Notes: a model not told the origin generated them from the sequence alone. Shown: positions 24,903 to 38,500, counted from the stretch's first letter. The stretch: 64,000 nt of DNA from Octopus sinensis (GCF_006345805.1 NC_043012.1:3410001-3474000); one strand, 5' to 3'. Translations and numbers: made by a program.

Positions 24903-27900
24903 TGGGTAACTTTCTAGGTGCAATCCCATGCTCATTCATGACCAAAGGGAGTCTTTACCCATACCTTATATATATACATACATGATCATCATTTTTATTT
25001 CTGTGTTTCCATGTTGGGTCACCCTGGCTAAAGTCAGTTGTAATCAATTAGGGACCACATTCTGTTTTTGGTATGGTTTCAAATTGTGGCTGTAACTTAT
25101 CACCAATCATTTTACATAGTATCTGGATGCATTTTATCAAAGCATCAACACTAGAGACATCTTGTCTGCAGCTAGATTAAAGGGTTCACTCTCCTTATGT
25201 TGACCCTGCTCCTTTGTTTATCAGATACCTGATGGATGCCTCATCCCTATCAAGATGAAAAAGAGTCTGCTTTTCCCTGCATTGTTTATGTATATTCATT
25301 CTTGTTTCCCACCCAACTGGGTGTGACAAGAGCCAGTACAAGAGAGTGACAGAAGAATTAAAGAAAACAATCCGAGGGATTGTAACATGTAGATGATAAG
25401 AGAGAGAGTAAATGAAGGAATGATAGGCAGATAAATGATGGTTGTTGGTAAGGAGATTGAATAGAATCAACAAAAGTGATGTGTTGAGAAGAAAGAGAAC
25501 AATATAAGAGGGCGAAGTGATAGAAGAGGGAATGCTGAAAGTAAGGAGGAGAGATTAAGAGAGAGGCAAGTAGGGAGGAAGCAAGAAAGTGATAAAGGAG
25601 GAAATAATGTGAGATAGATTAATCAATAACATTGAAGATGGATTAAGGCAAAAGCATGAAAGTTATAGTGAGTGGTAGGGAAAGGGAGTAATAGGGGAGA
25701 GAGGATTATGGCTAGCAGTAAAAAAGGGTGATGGTAAAGGGGAGTTGAATACAGAGCTCCAGTGTGAATCCATCCCTCATTATACAGGCAACATGATGAA
25801 AGAGCGAGTAACGGTAGGGAGGTATATTGATAGGAGAGAGAGTGTGGTACCTGAAAAAGTAACAAACAGGAGGTAGAGAGTGGTAGATGGGGTCTAAATA
25901 GAGACCCAGGTGTAGATATAAATCCTAAGTTTTACATCAGTTTTTCATCCTATTTTCCATGCATGTAGGAGAAGGCATGGGAAATAATTTCTAGTACAGC
26001 ACTACATCACTTGTTACAGTTCTTTCTCATCACCTTTATGAGGTTCAGCCTATCCTGAGATGAGACTTTGCTTCTTCCTCCCATATTTTCCTTGATCTCT
26101 CAAGTTGCATGTACTTTGGGGTTCTCTGCCTTTTTTTTTATACAACAGATGATCCACATATATCATATGCCCATACCAGCACTGTCTTCTCTCTCTCTTA
26201 TATGCTACATCCTATCTCTCTTATAACCAGTTTTTCTCTCAATTCAATTGTGCTACGCAGTTAACACACACACTACCATCACCTCTCCACCACCCACCTC
26301 ATTTCTTTTCCATTAAAGTTCATGCTCTGGTTAGCATGTTCATTAGTATCAGTGTTTTTTTCTGTCTTCCTCACACAAACAACATACTGGCTTTTGTATA
26401 AGCCATTCAGCCAAAAAAAATTTTATCTCCATTGAGATACGCTTGGCTGCTGCATACAATGTTATTCAATATTTATGGCACAGATTAAGTTGTGTTCAAA
26501 CAAACATAGACATGTCTAAACCATCCTGTTTTTCTCGTTTGTTGTTGTATATAGGCAGCTGGCCTTACAACCAGGTACTACATACAGATTTGTTGTTCTG
26601 GATCTTCCATGCCTCTAACATTCAACACTTTCCAGTGTGTTGAGGTTTGAATCATGCAATATGTTGTGAAGCATTCTGGGCTTGTTGTATTCTCTCCATA
26701 TTGTTTGTTTAAGTTTGCTTGTTATTGTTCTTACTGTTGTTGTTTGGTCTCGCGTCAGTCCAAAAACATTCCAGCCATGACCATCCTGTTTTTTTTGTAA
26801 AGCCATAATGTACAAGTAGCTGCATTATCCAATGTCTTTTCTAAGATTGTAGGGCATGGCAGCGAGCTGGCAGAAACGTTAGCATGCCGGGCGAAATGCT
26901 TAGCAGTATTTCGTCTGTGGCTACGATCTGAGTTCAAATTCCACCGAGGTCGGCTTTGCCTTTCATCCTTTCGGGGTCAATTAAATAAGTACCAGTTACG
27001 CACTGGGGTCGATATAATCAACTTAATCCGTTTGTCCTTGTTTGTCCCCACTGTGTGTGGGCAGTCAAGAAATAAGAATGTAGGGCATGGTTTTGAGGGA
27101 GGTTTAGTTGCTATTTCTAACAGGTTGCTGAACCATGAAGACATTCTTTTGTTGCCACTGTGTACCTGCAGGCAAGTTGGATGAGATCAGTATGTGGCCC
27201 TTATTTTTGCTGCTTCTTTAGTTGGTCTGTTGTGTGAAACATTGCAGTCAGTGGTGGCGTGAATTTTTGCTTATTTTTGTTCGTGGTCAGAAGTATCCAT
27301 TAACGGTTGAAGGAGATGAACAACCTTGTCGACCCTCCAACTTGTGCCCTTGATTTTCACAGACTCTCCAAGACTGGTGAGATTAATATGGTTGATGTTC
27401 TGTTTGAACATACGTAAGTCATTGTAAACAAGAAGGGAACACTGGAAAGGTGGTTGTGCAGTGGGAGGAAGAGTTAGACACATTGGCTTGTGCAAGGTCA
27501 AGTGCCAGACAGAGTAGGAGTGGGAGGTGGTGGTGGGAGGTGGGAGCAGGGGTTATCAGACGTAGTAGGAGTGGGACCTGGTAGTGGCGGGTGGGGGTTA
27601 GCAGACACAGGAGGAGTGGGACCTGGTTAGCAGACACAGTATGAGTGACTAGGAGTGGAGAAATATGTTTGTTGGGCTTGGGTGAGAGTGGTTCAGAAAA
27701 GCCAAGGCCATGTTCCAGTAGCAACAGAGAAGAACTGTTACCATTTCAAGACAACTGCTTTATCTTGTTTTACCCAAACTTCCAAGAGTAATGCACATCC
27801 TAGCAATCATCATCATCATCATTGTCATCATCTTTTTGCACCCATTTTTGCACACAAGTGGCATGTGTTGGAAGGTTCTCATAGTGTCTTGTCATTTGTT

Positions 27901-28270
27901 GCATATTTGTATCATATGATGCACACAGCAACAGATAGAATCTTTTTTATATTTCATCTTTTACTGTTTCACTCATTAGACTGGCCATGCTGGAGCATGG
28001 ACACTAAACTCTGCTTGCGAAGACCTTTTGGGGCAAGTGAAATTGAAATTGAACCAAATTCGATGACTGGCACCTGCCAGTGGAGTGCTAACAGCTCCAT
28101 CTGAGCTGGATCACTGCCAGACCAGCTGTCTGGCTTCCATGCCATAGCACGTAAAAAGCAACATTTGAGTGTGATCATTACCAGTAACGCTGGACTGACT
28201 CCTGTGCAGGGGCAGTCAAATCGTTCAACCCATGCTAGCATGGAAAGCAGACGTTAAATGATGATCGTGA

Positions 28271-28328
<58 letters not shown>

Positions 28329-28604
28329 ATATATAGCCTTGTGACTGGATTTCATAAATGGGAACTGAAAGAAGACTGTCATGTATGTGTATGTGTGTGT
28401 GTCTTTGTTTGTACCCCCACCATTGCTTGATTACTGATGTTGCTGTGTTTATGTTCCCATGACTTAGTGGTTCAGCAAAGCATACTGATAGAATAAGTAG
28501 TAAGCTTACAAAGAAAAAATCCTGTGGTCAATTTTTTTGACTAATGGTGGTGCTCCAGCATGGCTGCAGTCACATGACTTAAACAAGTAACAGAATAAAA
28601 AAAC

Positions 28605-28646
28605 TTCGCTATTTTAATCCCAAGCAAGGCCAGGTATCTCTGCTAG
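28605..28646 (+). mobile_element. Helitron-like 3' end
   Basis: CCCAAGCAAGGCCAGGTATCTCTGCTAG followed by T. A near reverse-complement copy lies at 46299-46326. Confidence 0.45.
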
Positions 28647-28910
28647 TATGTATGTATGTATATATATATATATACACACAATGGGCTTCTTTCAGTTTCT
28701 GTCTACGAGATCTACTCACAAGGCTTTGGTCAGCCTGAGGCTATAGTTGAAGATATTTGCCCAAGGTGCCACACTGGAACTGAACCCAGAACTATGTAGT
28801 TGGGAACCAAGCTTCTTACCACACAGCCATACCGGCACCTACATTGATCAGTTTTGTTGTGTATGTAATGTTTTCCTTTTTTAGGAGGTTGGGTAGGGCA
28901 TGGCTTATAG

Positions 28911-29543
28911 CAGGGGTGGGCAAACTACGGCCCGCGGGCCGCATGCGGCCCGCCATGGGTTTTCATGCGGCCCGCCAAGAGCTTTTATGAATCCCAACTT
29001 CTATGCAGATACTTCGTAACTGTTTCAGTTGTACGGTAATTCACAATAGTTTGCATTTTATTTCAGTTCACTGTTTCGTGCCTTCACAAAATTGTCCGCT
29101 GTTTGTTTGTTTCAGCTACAGTGAAGCGATGAAAAATTTCGAGAAATATTCCCATGACATCATAATAAAACACATTTCCGGGTGAAGATATGGTTGTCCA
29201 TAATATTAAGAGGTGGTTGTCCACAATTAGTGCAGATTTTACTAGGAAAATTCCGTTCCTGGCAATTTGTAAGCAATAACAGGCTGTCCAAAATAACCGA
29301 GGTTCCTGTAATAATTTCAACTATAGGAGCAAATAACCGAAAAACATGAACCCGATACTCTAAAAATTAAATTAAATCACTTAAACCAGGAATATTTCAC
29401 AAAATTTCCTTTCAATCGATTGTGTGTTTATAGGTCTATAACCGCCTTTAAAAATATTTTCACTCGATTTTTATAAATGAGGCCCGCCAAGGTTCCAAAG
29501 ACGCACTGTGCGGCCCGCGATCAAAAAAGTTCGCCCACCCCTG
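28911..29543. mobile_element. hAT (Charlie/Buster-type) non-autonomous element
   Basis: Perfect 8-bp TSD GCTTATAG at 28903-10 and 29544-51. TIRs CAGGGGTGGGC(A/G)AACT match 15/16. Subterminal GCGGCCCGC repeats. Confidence 0.95.
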
Positions 29544-30043
29544 GCTTATAGGATAGAGGCTGTTCTTTGTATCACCAATCTCCTTAACAGTGTGGACCGG
29601 GTGCAATTTGTCACGTCAGCAAGACTTGGCATATATTATGAAGAAGAACATGCAGCAAATCATGGCTCTGCACTACACTGTTTGTGGTGACCTCTTTTAA
29701 AGCTGCTAACTGAAACATCAGACCTCTTCCCCCTTGCTGTCGGCAAACTGAAAGCATTAACTGTGTGAGTTTCATGCAGTTTATCACATCAAACTATCAC
29801 GCATTTCCTTGCTGCACCTTCATGTTGTTTCACTTTAATATTCCCATTGCTTGATATAGGTTACAAAAAGATTGTTGAATAATGCATATGGTCCCCTCTA
29901 TTCTCATGCTCTTAAACCGGTCTTGCTAACCACTCACTTCAGGCCATGAAGCTTATAAGTTTATATTATTTACTCAGTGTCTTCCCAGGAAAAATTTGAT
30001 ATACTTCCTATGCATTTGTTTATTACACACACACAGTTATATA

Positions 30044-30915
30044 TTGGATTAGCCATAAAGTTAGTTGTTTGCTTCTTTTTTTTAAGGGAAAATATGATTC
30101 AAGTTTTAAACATAAAGTGATTTATTCAATCAATGATATAATAGCTGTTTAGTTTCAGTATCGTCAGCCACCTTATGCGGTTGGTTCATTATTCTCTGTT
30201 CAAAGAATTTCCTGTCCCTACTGGTAAAGAACTCTTCCTGTTGAATCATTACATCTTCTTCAACATTGAAGGACTATCCATTCAATGAATTTTGAAGAGA
30301 CTAAAACAGGTGAAAATCCATAGGGGTAAGTTTGGGCAAATTTGGAGGGTGAAGCAAAACTTTCCCGCCAAGCTCCTGTAATGTCTGCTTTATCTACAAA
30401 GAATTGCATGGTCTAGCATTGTGTGCCTTTATGATTAACAAGTTCTGGACACTTCTGGTAGATTGCTGCATTTGATTTGTCCTGCTGGTCACAGTACACA
30501 GCTATATTGATGGTCCTTTTTGTAGGAAAAAGTTCATAAAAGACAAGACTCTTCCAATCCCACCGAGACATCTTTTTGCATCTCCACTGTCCACTCCATT
30601 ATCATTGAAGCAATCTTTTCTTACTATTTTCTTTAAAAAAGCATCATTTTCTTCATGTATCAGCAACAAATCACAGATAGACCTTCATTGGGCCATGTCC
30701 TTCTCATTCAACTGATGTGGGACCCAAACATTGAGTCTGTTCATGTAACCAAGTTGATGCAAATGGTTTTCAATACTCGATTTGGCTATTTGGAGAATCT
30801 CAGCAATCACCCTAGTCATATAATCAGGGTTGCTCTCCACTAACCCCTTCAAGCTCTCAACAACTATCTCTGATTGTTTGTCTTCTTTCTCTTCCTTCAT
30901 ATCCTAAGGAATAGC
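30044..30915 (-). mobile_element. Degenerate mariner remnant
   Basis: Minus-strand IAEILQIAKSSIENHLHQLGYMNRLNVWVPHQL (WVPHEL-like) and PNLPLWIF..FSLQNSLNG (SPDLAP.DYHLF-like), with many lesions. Confidence 0.75.
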
Positions 30916-30931
30916 CATGGTCGGTTATCTC

Positions 30932-31030
<99 letters not shown>

Positions 31031-33297
31031 TATTTTTCAGTGTGTGAAAAGGATGACAAGAAGTGTTTACTCTTGTTTACTTTCCACTGTGTAGGCTTTA
31101 TAAACCATCGCTAATTACATTAGATTCCTCTTAGATTTTCTAATACATGCTGTTTGTGCATATATTATGTATTTAATTTATTAAACAAGCCCCAGGAAAA
31201 TGCATGATATGCAACTTGGTTTAGTTGTTTCAGCTAAATTGTAGGATATGTTTCATTTAAATAGTAATAGCTATTAAATGCTCCTCATAAACTGAGGATG
31301 TGGGGTGTCTGTCATCTGAAGAGTGGACGACCATTTATGAAATGCATCAGGGTAATCTTTCTTTATAAGAATAGCAAGATGTATATACATTTGCTTACTT
31401 TCCACAGTGTAGGCATTGTAAAATACAGGCCAACTACATTAACTATATATAGTTTAAAGGGATATATTATCCTGGCACTGACCGTGTTTCCTCAGTTTGC
31501 CAGCATGGTTAAACGATGATGATGTTATATAATACATTTATAATGGACAATAGCAGCAGCAGCAGCAGTAGTAGTAGTTGCAGTTGCAGCAGCAGTATCT
31601 CCAATTTGTTGCTGATTCCCTACTCCTGACAGATGACCCCTTTCTACTACTCGGGTAACAACCCTTCACCTGTTGGTGAGGGTTTTATGAGGTCAGAGTA
31701 CAACTCCTATCTCAACCTATTTTAGTCACCTTTTACAACACACAGAGGAAACATCGGGGTCTATTCCTTGGCATGCCGGGTCCCACACACAGCACTAGAG
31801 CAACATGAAGTGTAATGTATTGCTCAAGAATACAACACACCACCCATGATCTGGTGATCACAAGTTCAACATTCTGCAGACTGAAATAGTCAATAAAATA
31901 GAAATATGGTTTTAAAATTTATTCTTTCTGTGTGGCCCAGTGCTGGCCCACAACCCAACAGTTGCAGATGCCTTCTCTATAGTAGTTACTCTAGCCCAAA
32001 TGCACCGATGCTTTGGTCACCCCCACTTCATCATCAGAACTACTGTGAAGCATTGATAGGCCCACTGTAAACCTGTAACCACCAACAGTACTGTTCACAA
32101 AGGGGTTGGTCATCATCATCATCATCATCAACGTCGTTGCTATGGTATAAAGGAAACATTTTAATATTTTTTAAAAGATAACTGCTCATTAATGCAACTT
32201 AATGTGAGGAAATTGGTTAGATTAGATTAGTTCTAATGAGAGTGGGGGTGAGAGTAAATCTGGTTTGATATGTATTTGATAAATAAATAAAAGATAATTT
32301 CTGTGCGTCAAACACTTACATGTAGAGGAAGTGTTTAGATAATCGTCTGATATAGATATATTCGAGCAAGGCCACTCAATATCTATGTGTATATATATGT
32401 TTATGTATATGTATGTGTGTGTGTATATATATATATACACATGCATATATGTATACACGCACACATATATATACAGCGGATGCGCAATGTTCTAGTGGTT
32501 AGGGCAACAGACTTGCGATCCTGGGATCATGGTTTCAATTCCCAGACTGAGCATGTGATTGTTTATTGAGTGAAAACACTTGAAGCTCCACAAGGCTGCA
32601 GCAGGGGGTGGTTGCAATTCCTGCAGTGCTCTTTCACCACAACTTTCTCTCACTCTTTCTTCCTGTTTCTGTTGTACCTGTATTTCAAAGGGCCAGCCTT
32701 GTCACACTCAGTGACTTGCTGAATCTACCCAGGAGCTACGTGAAGGGTACAATTGTCTGTGGAGTGCTCAGTCACTTGCACGTTAATTTCACGAGCAGGC
32801 TGTTCCATCTATCGGATCAACTGGAACCCTCATCATTGTAACAAACGGAGTGCCTCTTACATACACACATGCATATATGGGTACAGGACGTCACCAAACA
32901 GTAAACAACATGAAATACAAAAGCAAATGAGTTCAATACACAAACGAGAGAAAAAAATGGAAAACATGACAAGTGACATAAAGAATGACTCTTCATCAGT
33001 TGTCGGCTCTCTATCTGCTCCTCATTTCGAGCATTGAACGACAATATATATATTAATGGTATTTCTTTTTTATGAGATTAAAGCTTATAGCAATCACTGT
33101 GCATATGACTAATGGGAATAGTCTAATATGGCATATTAGAGAATTTTCTTTAGTCATTTGCACAGTGACCACTATAAGCTTTAAGCTTTTAAAAAAGGAA
33201 TACCATTATTATTATTTACTGAATTGTTAAACTCAACACTGCTTAACAAAACCATAAACACCGAAATAAATATATATGTATGTATGTATGTGTGTGT

Positions 33298-33345
<48 letters not shown>

Positions 33346-34184
33346 ATGTATGTATGTATATACATACACACACACACACACACGTATGTATGCATGTATG
33401 TGGCGATAACGTAGAAAAAGTGTGGGAAACTAATTTGTGGAGATAAATATGAGTTGAAAAAGAGACGGAGAAAGGGAAACTTACAATTATCTACATGTGT
33501 GTGTGTGTGTGTCTACCCTCTTAAAACAAACAGTCTACACACACACACACACACACAAGTGAAAGATGGTGATGATATTGCTCTCTCTCTCTCTCCCTCT
33601 GCTATTGACTTTTTTGAAGTGAGAGGGGCATGTCCCACTTTGCTTGGTATTTTCAGCATCTTAGTCATATCCTTAATGGCCCTTTCCGCCATATAACTAT
33701 TAACTTGAATGGCTGGCCACCCACTCTCTTGATATTATACTTGGAATAGTCCCTCTCTCTTTCCACCCGTTCACCTCATTTCACCAACCTCTTATTCCAG
33801 CATTTCTATACCTCTCTCTCATACATATATATATATATATAAGCTACAAAGGCAGTGTTAATACTGGGAGGTAATATTTATGCCTGCTTAAATGTGGAGG
33901 TTCTGTTTGTACAAACTATTCTGCAGTGGTTATCATATATACACACATACACACACATGCAGCTATGTATGTAATGTATGTATGTATTATATATAGCAAG
34001 AGAGTAATTGTGAGTAAAGTAAAATATGCATTTATATATGCATATATATATATATATATTTTGTTTTTTTTTCCTCTTTTTGCTGCCTTCAAGATCATAC
34101 ACTGGGAAAAATGCCAAATTGCAACAAGGAAATCTACTACTTCAAAAAAATATACATGCATTCTATTTTGCACATACATACAAA

Positions 34185-34251
<67 letters not shown>

Positions 34252-34502
34252 ATCACGTGACCAACCAGTCCATCAGATGTAGTTACACATCGCTGGTCAC
34301 AATGCGTTCGCATTGTTTTAGCCCTCGAATGACGCCACCCCGCTGGCTAAGCGAGCAGGCCAACTGAAGAAAGAGTGGTGGAAGAGTACACCAGGGATCA
34401 CCACCCCCTGCCGGAACCTCGTGGAGGTTTTAGGTGTTTTAGCTCAATAAACACTCACAACGCCTGGTCTGGGAATCGAAACCGCAATCCTACAACCACG
34501 AG

Positions 34503-34551
<49 letters not shown>

Positions 34552-35951
34552 GTGTATATATATATGTATATATATATATTTATTTAGTAAAATCATTCTT
34601 CAGATGTTGTATCATTCTACTTCCATGTACCTTCTCTTCAGTTTTCACTTCAATGAAAAGTTACAAATGCATAACCTTTTGGTCAAGAAACCAATAATTT
34701 ATCCATGCACTCATCACAGCACCTTTATTTTTTGACCTAAATACACTGGTACTTGAAGTATTATTTGTATCCCATTTCAAGAAAATGTACTTTTGCTACC
34801 CTTGTACCATGCTACACTTATACCTTCCTGAATATATTAGTTTTTAGTTTTAATAACCACAAATAATCCATACTACTCATATACCTCACTGAATATATCA
34901 GACTTTAATCTTTACAACCACAGAGACCCTTCGTATTACTGCACATTGCTTTTAGCAGGCTACCAAGGAAAGATTTATTAAAATCTGTCTGAGTAATGGA
35001 AAAATGAAATCTTTGATACTAGTACAGAGAAGAGGCAGGAATAAACGATATCACAACTCATGAATTGCTGCATTAAGAAATGTTTCATTAAGGTATTAGG
35101 TTGTTTGTTCAGATCTTAATACCTGGTATAAATGTTATCAGAAGTGTGGACATCAGTAAGTTCCCCCAGGAATCAAGCAATATTCTTAAACTAAACAATG
35201 CTTGTTTAATTATGCTTGCATAATACAATCTACGAATAAAAGTTTGATCACCAGTATTGTTTGTAAACAATAAGAGAATGTCATAAAGTATCACCAAATG
35301 ACATAACATAATATTAATGAAGATAAGATACAATAGAATGGGATAAGATTAGATATTTGTCAAAGATATATGATTTAGATTATGAGGTTTGGACAATGTT
35401 CAGATATGTACCTTATCTTAAGATAATGCACTTAGAAATCCTGTTTTCCTAAACAAAGCAGATGAGGGCATTTTAGTTCAATTCTTCAGTAATGGCAGCC
35501 ACAAGGAACCCAGGTCAATGCTAGGCTATTTGAATGGGTTACCCAAAAAAAGGCATCATATTTAATAGTCTCTAATTGTTTTTGAAAATTCTATAATGTT
35601 GAACACATTATTCATTATCTCAGAAAAGAAATTTATTAATTCCTAAAGCACATATGGTGCATAACAGCTCTGCCTTACCTATGTCATTGATTCAACTGGC
35701 TCCTGCTGACAGTACTTGGAATGGGCCCCTATCCAGGGTTATGGATTTCCCCTCAACTTCCTGGATAGTATCTAGCATAGTCAGTCCTAGGCCTATGTTG
35801 AGAAAGGGGGCAGGATGGAGTGAATATGGAGCAACTTATACCTGCAGTTTTCAGATTTTTTATACAATTCCTATTAATATTTAATTATAAAAATATAATA
35901 TGACATATAATATAACATTTCCACTAATCCTAGAAGGCACATCATTTATCT

Positions 35952-36222
35952 CAGTGGTTCTCAACCATTTTTTTACCTCTTGACCCCTTTATTTCCTATC
36001 CTACTTTACTGGAGCCTCATAACCATTCAATGTTTTTAAAAAATCCTATTATATTTTTATAGTTAAATGGTGTTAGGAATTGTGTAGAAAAAATGTGTTT
36101 TGTGTGTTGTAGAAATATAACTAATTTATTGCACATAAAATTTGACAGTGAGATTTTATATGGACCTCCAAGGATCATAAGGATCCCCAAAGGTCATATG
36201 GACCTCTATTAAGAACTATTGA
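35952..36222. mobile_element. Old hAT-type MITE
   Basis: Starts CAGTGGTTCTCAACC and ends with the degenerate inverse TTAAGAACTATTG. Confidence 0.5.
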
Positions 36223-37894
36223 TTTATCTATACCAGAAGGATAAAAGGCAAAGATGATATCATAAGACATTTTGACCAACTCCTTCATGACTCAACCAAA
36301 CTGCCATTTCTTTTGAATCTCTGGAGAAAAAAGAAAAGGCTTTAATTTCCATCATGTCAATTTTTGTGGTTGAGTAATGGCTATAACATCATTTGGTGCT
36401 TTTGTTAGACATCATCACTGCACAGCACCTTGGGCAAGTCTCTCCTACCATCAACCTAGGCTGACCAAAGCCCTGTAATGGACGGATTTCATAGGTGTCT
36501 TTCAGTTTCTGAAACTGAAAGAAGCCTGTCATATCTATCTGTCTGTCTGTCTGTCTACAAATATATATACATGTGTGTGTGTGTGTGTGTGTACTCTTGT
36601 CTTGACATCATGCATTGATTGTAAATGAACATCACTGCCATGCAAGTAAGGTTTTCCATCCCTGGTCTTCTATGAAAAACATGTCTGGCCATGGGGAGAT
36701 ATCATGTTGCTTGGAAACAGGTGAGAGTTGGTGACAGGAAGAGCATCCAGGCATAGAAAATCTACTTCAACAAATTCCATCTGACCCATGCAAGCATGGA
36801 AAAGTGGGCATTAGGCACAGCTGTGGCTGTGTGGTAAGAAGCTTGCTTCCCAACCACATGGTTCCAGGTTCAGTCCCACTGCGTGGCATCTTGGGCATGT
36901 ATCTTGTACTACAGCCTCAGACCAACCAAAGCCTTGTGAGTGGATTTGGTAGACAGAAACTGAAAGAAGCCCATCGTATACATGTGTGTGTATGTATCTG
37001 TATTTGTTCCTCCATCACCACTTGACAACCAATGTTGGTGTGTTTACAGCGTCGTAACTTAACAGTTCGGCAAAAGGGAATGATAGAATAAATACCAGGC
37101 TTAGAAAAAGTAAACACTAGGGTTGATACATTCAACTAAAAATTCTTCAAGGTGATGCCCCAGCATGGCCACAGTCTAATGACTGAATCAAGTAAAAGAT
37201 AGGAGATGAAATGATGATGATGACGGTAGTGGTGGTTATGATAACAACAACGATGACTCAGTAGTGGTCTCAGCAGCTGCCATTGCAGCCAAGGCAGGTG
37301 ATGGTCACATAGATTTTGTTGCCCTGAATAGAATATATATATATAGACACACACACATGCACGCGCAGCTCAGGGAAAAAAATATTAAGTGAAGGCTTTG
37401 CAATGACATCTTTGTTAACACCAGACAGCAAGTCATTCAGGTTTATTTCAATTGCTATTGAAACAAAAAGAAATGAGAAAGAAAATTTGCTTAACTAAAA
37501 GACGTAAGCATAATGTAATGTGAGAAATACAAATAACAACAATGGTAACCAAGCCAGTTTTGTCACCTGCCAGGAATATCAAACAAATCTACCCCCAAAT
37601 CACACCCCACCACTTTAGAATAAAAAACAGAAAACATGAAAATCAAACACAAGCAACCTAGCAGCAGGCTTTATGATGCGTTGCATGTAAATATATATAT
37701 ATATATATGACAGGCTTCTTTCAGTTTCCATCCACTCACAAAGCTTTGGTCGGCCTGAGGCTATTGTAGAAGACAGTTGCCCAAGGCACCATGCAGTGGG
37801 ACTGAACCTGGAATCATGTGGTTGGGGAGCAAGCTTCTTACCACACCATGCAGCCATACCTGCACCTATTATGTTCTATTCTGTACATCATTTA

Positions 37895-37995
37895 CATTAT
37901 TTACTCTCAAGCCTTTATCAGGTGTCCTGGTAGAATTTTGAACCCAACCCTGGGTTCTCATTCCTAAGGAATTTTTTGCTGATGTTATCATTATT

Positions 37996-38029
<34 letters not shown>

Positions 38030-38500
38030 TTGTTGTTGTTGTTGTTGTTGCTGTTGCTGCTGCCACCACCACCACCACCAGTGAATAAATTTCACTGTGA
38101 ATAGATATATTTGCAAGGGCTTGGTAGGTATCACTGCTAGCGAGGACACGCTACCCTGGACTGACGTTGGGCAAGACCCAGAAACAAGTGTGTCTCCAGG
38201 TTGCTAGTTCTAGCTGGTGGGGGTGCTTGCCGCTCCTTTGCAAATATAAGGACACAGCGAATGTGTCAAAGCCGACAGGAAGCGTTGATGCTTCCTAGGG
38301 CTATATAGCGGTGATGTAATTCCTTCTACGGGACTGTCATGTTAAGTTGACTTTATACAACCACTCATTATTATTATTGTTATTTATTCAAGGCACTCCC
38401 TGGAATTGAACTCGGAATCTTGGGGTTAGTAGTCCACATTCATAACCATTACACTATATGGGCAATTATAGAGTGAATTTTAGGGCTTATAAGCCTAATA
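37895..38500 (-). mobile_element. tRNA-headed SINE family F, split by a ~280-bp insertion in its central microsatellite
   Basis: Minus-strand head TAGTGTAATGGTTA..GAGTTCAATTCCAGG at ~38395-38460, then (AAT)n, then 3' part CTTAGGAATGAGAACCCAGG..GACACCTGATAAAGGCT at ~37905-37970. Confidence 0.5.
38155..38200 (+). ncRNA. Type I hammerhead ribozyme-like fold (core A9 read as U)
   Basis: CCUGGA-CUGACGU-UGGG caaga CCCA-GAAA-CA agug UG-UC-UCCAGG. Stem I is 6 bp perfect, stem II 4 bp, stem III short, with a GUC cleavage triplet. Confidence 0.72.
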
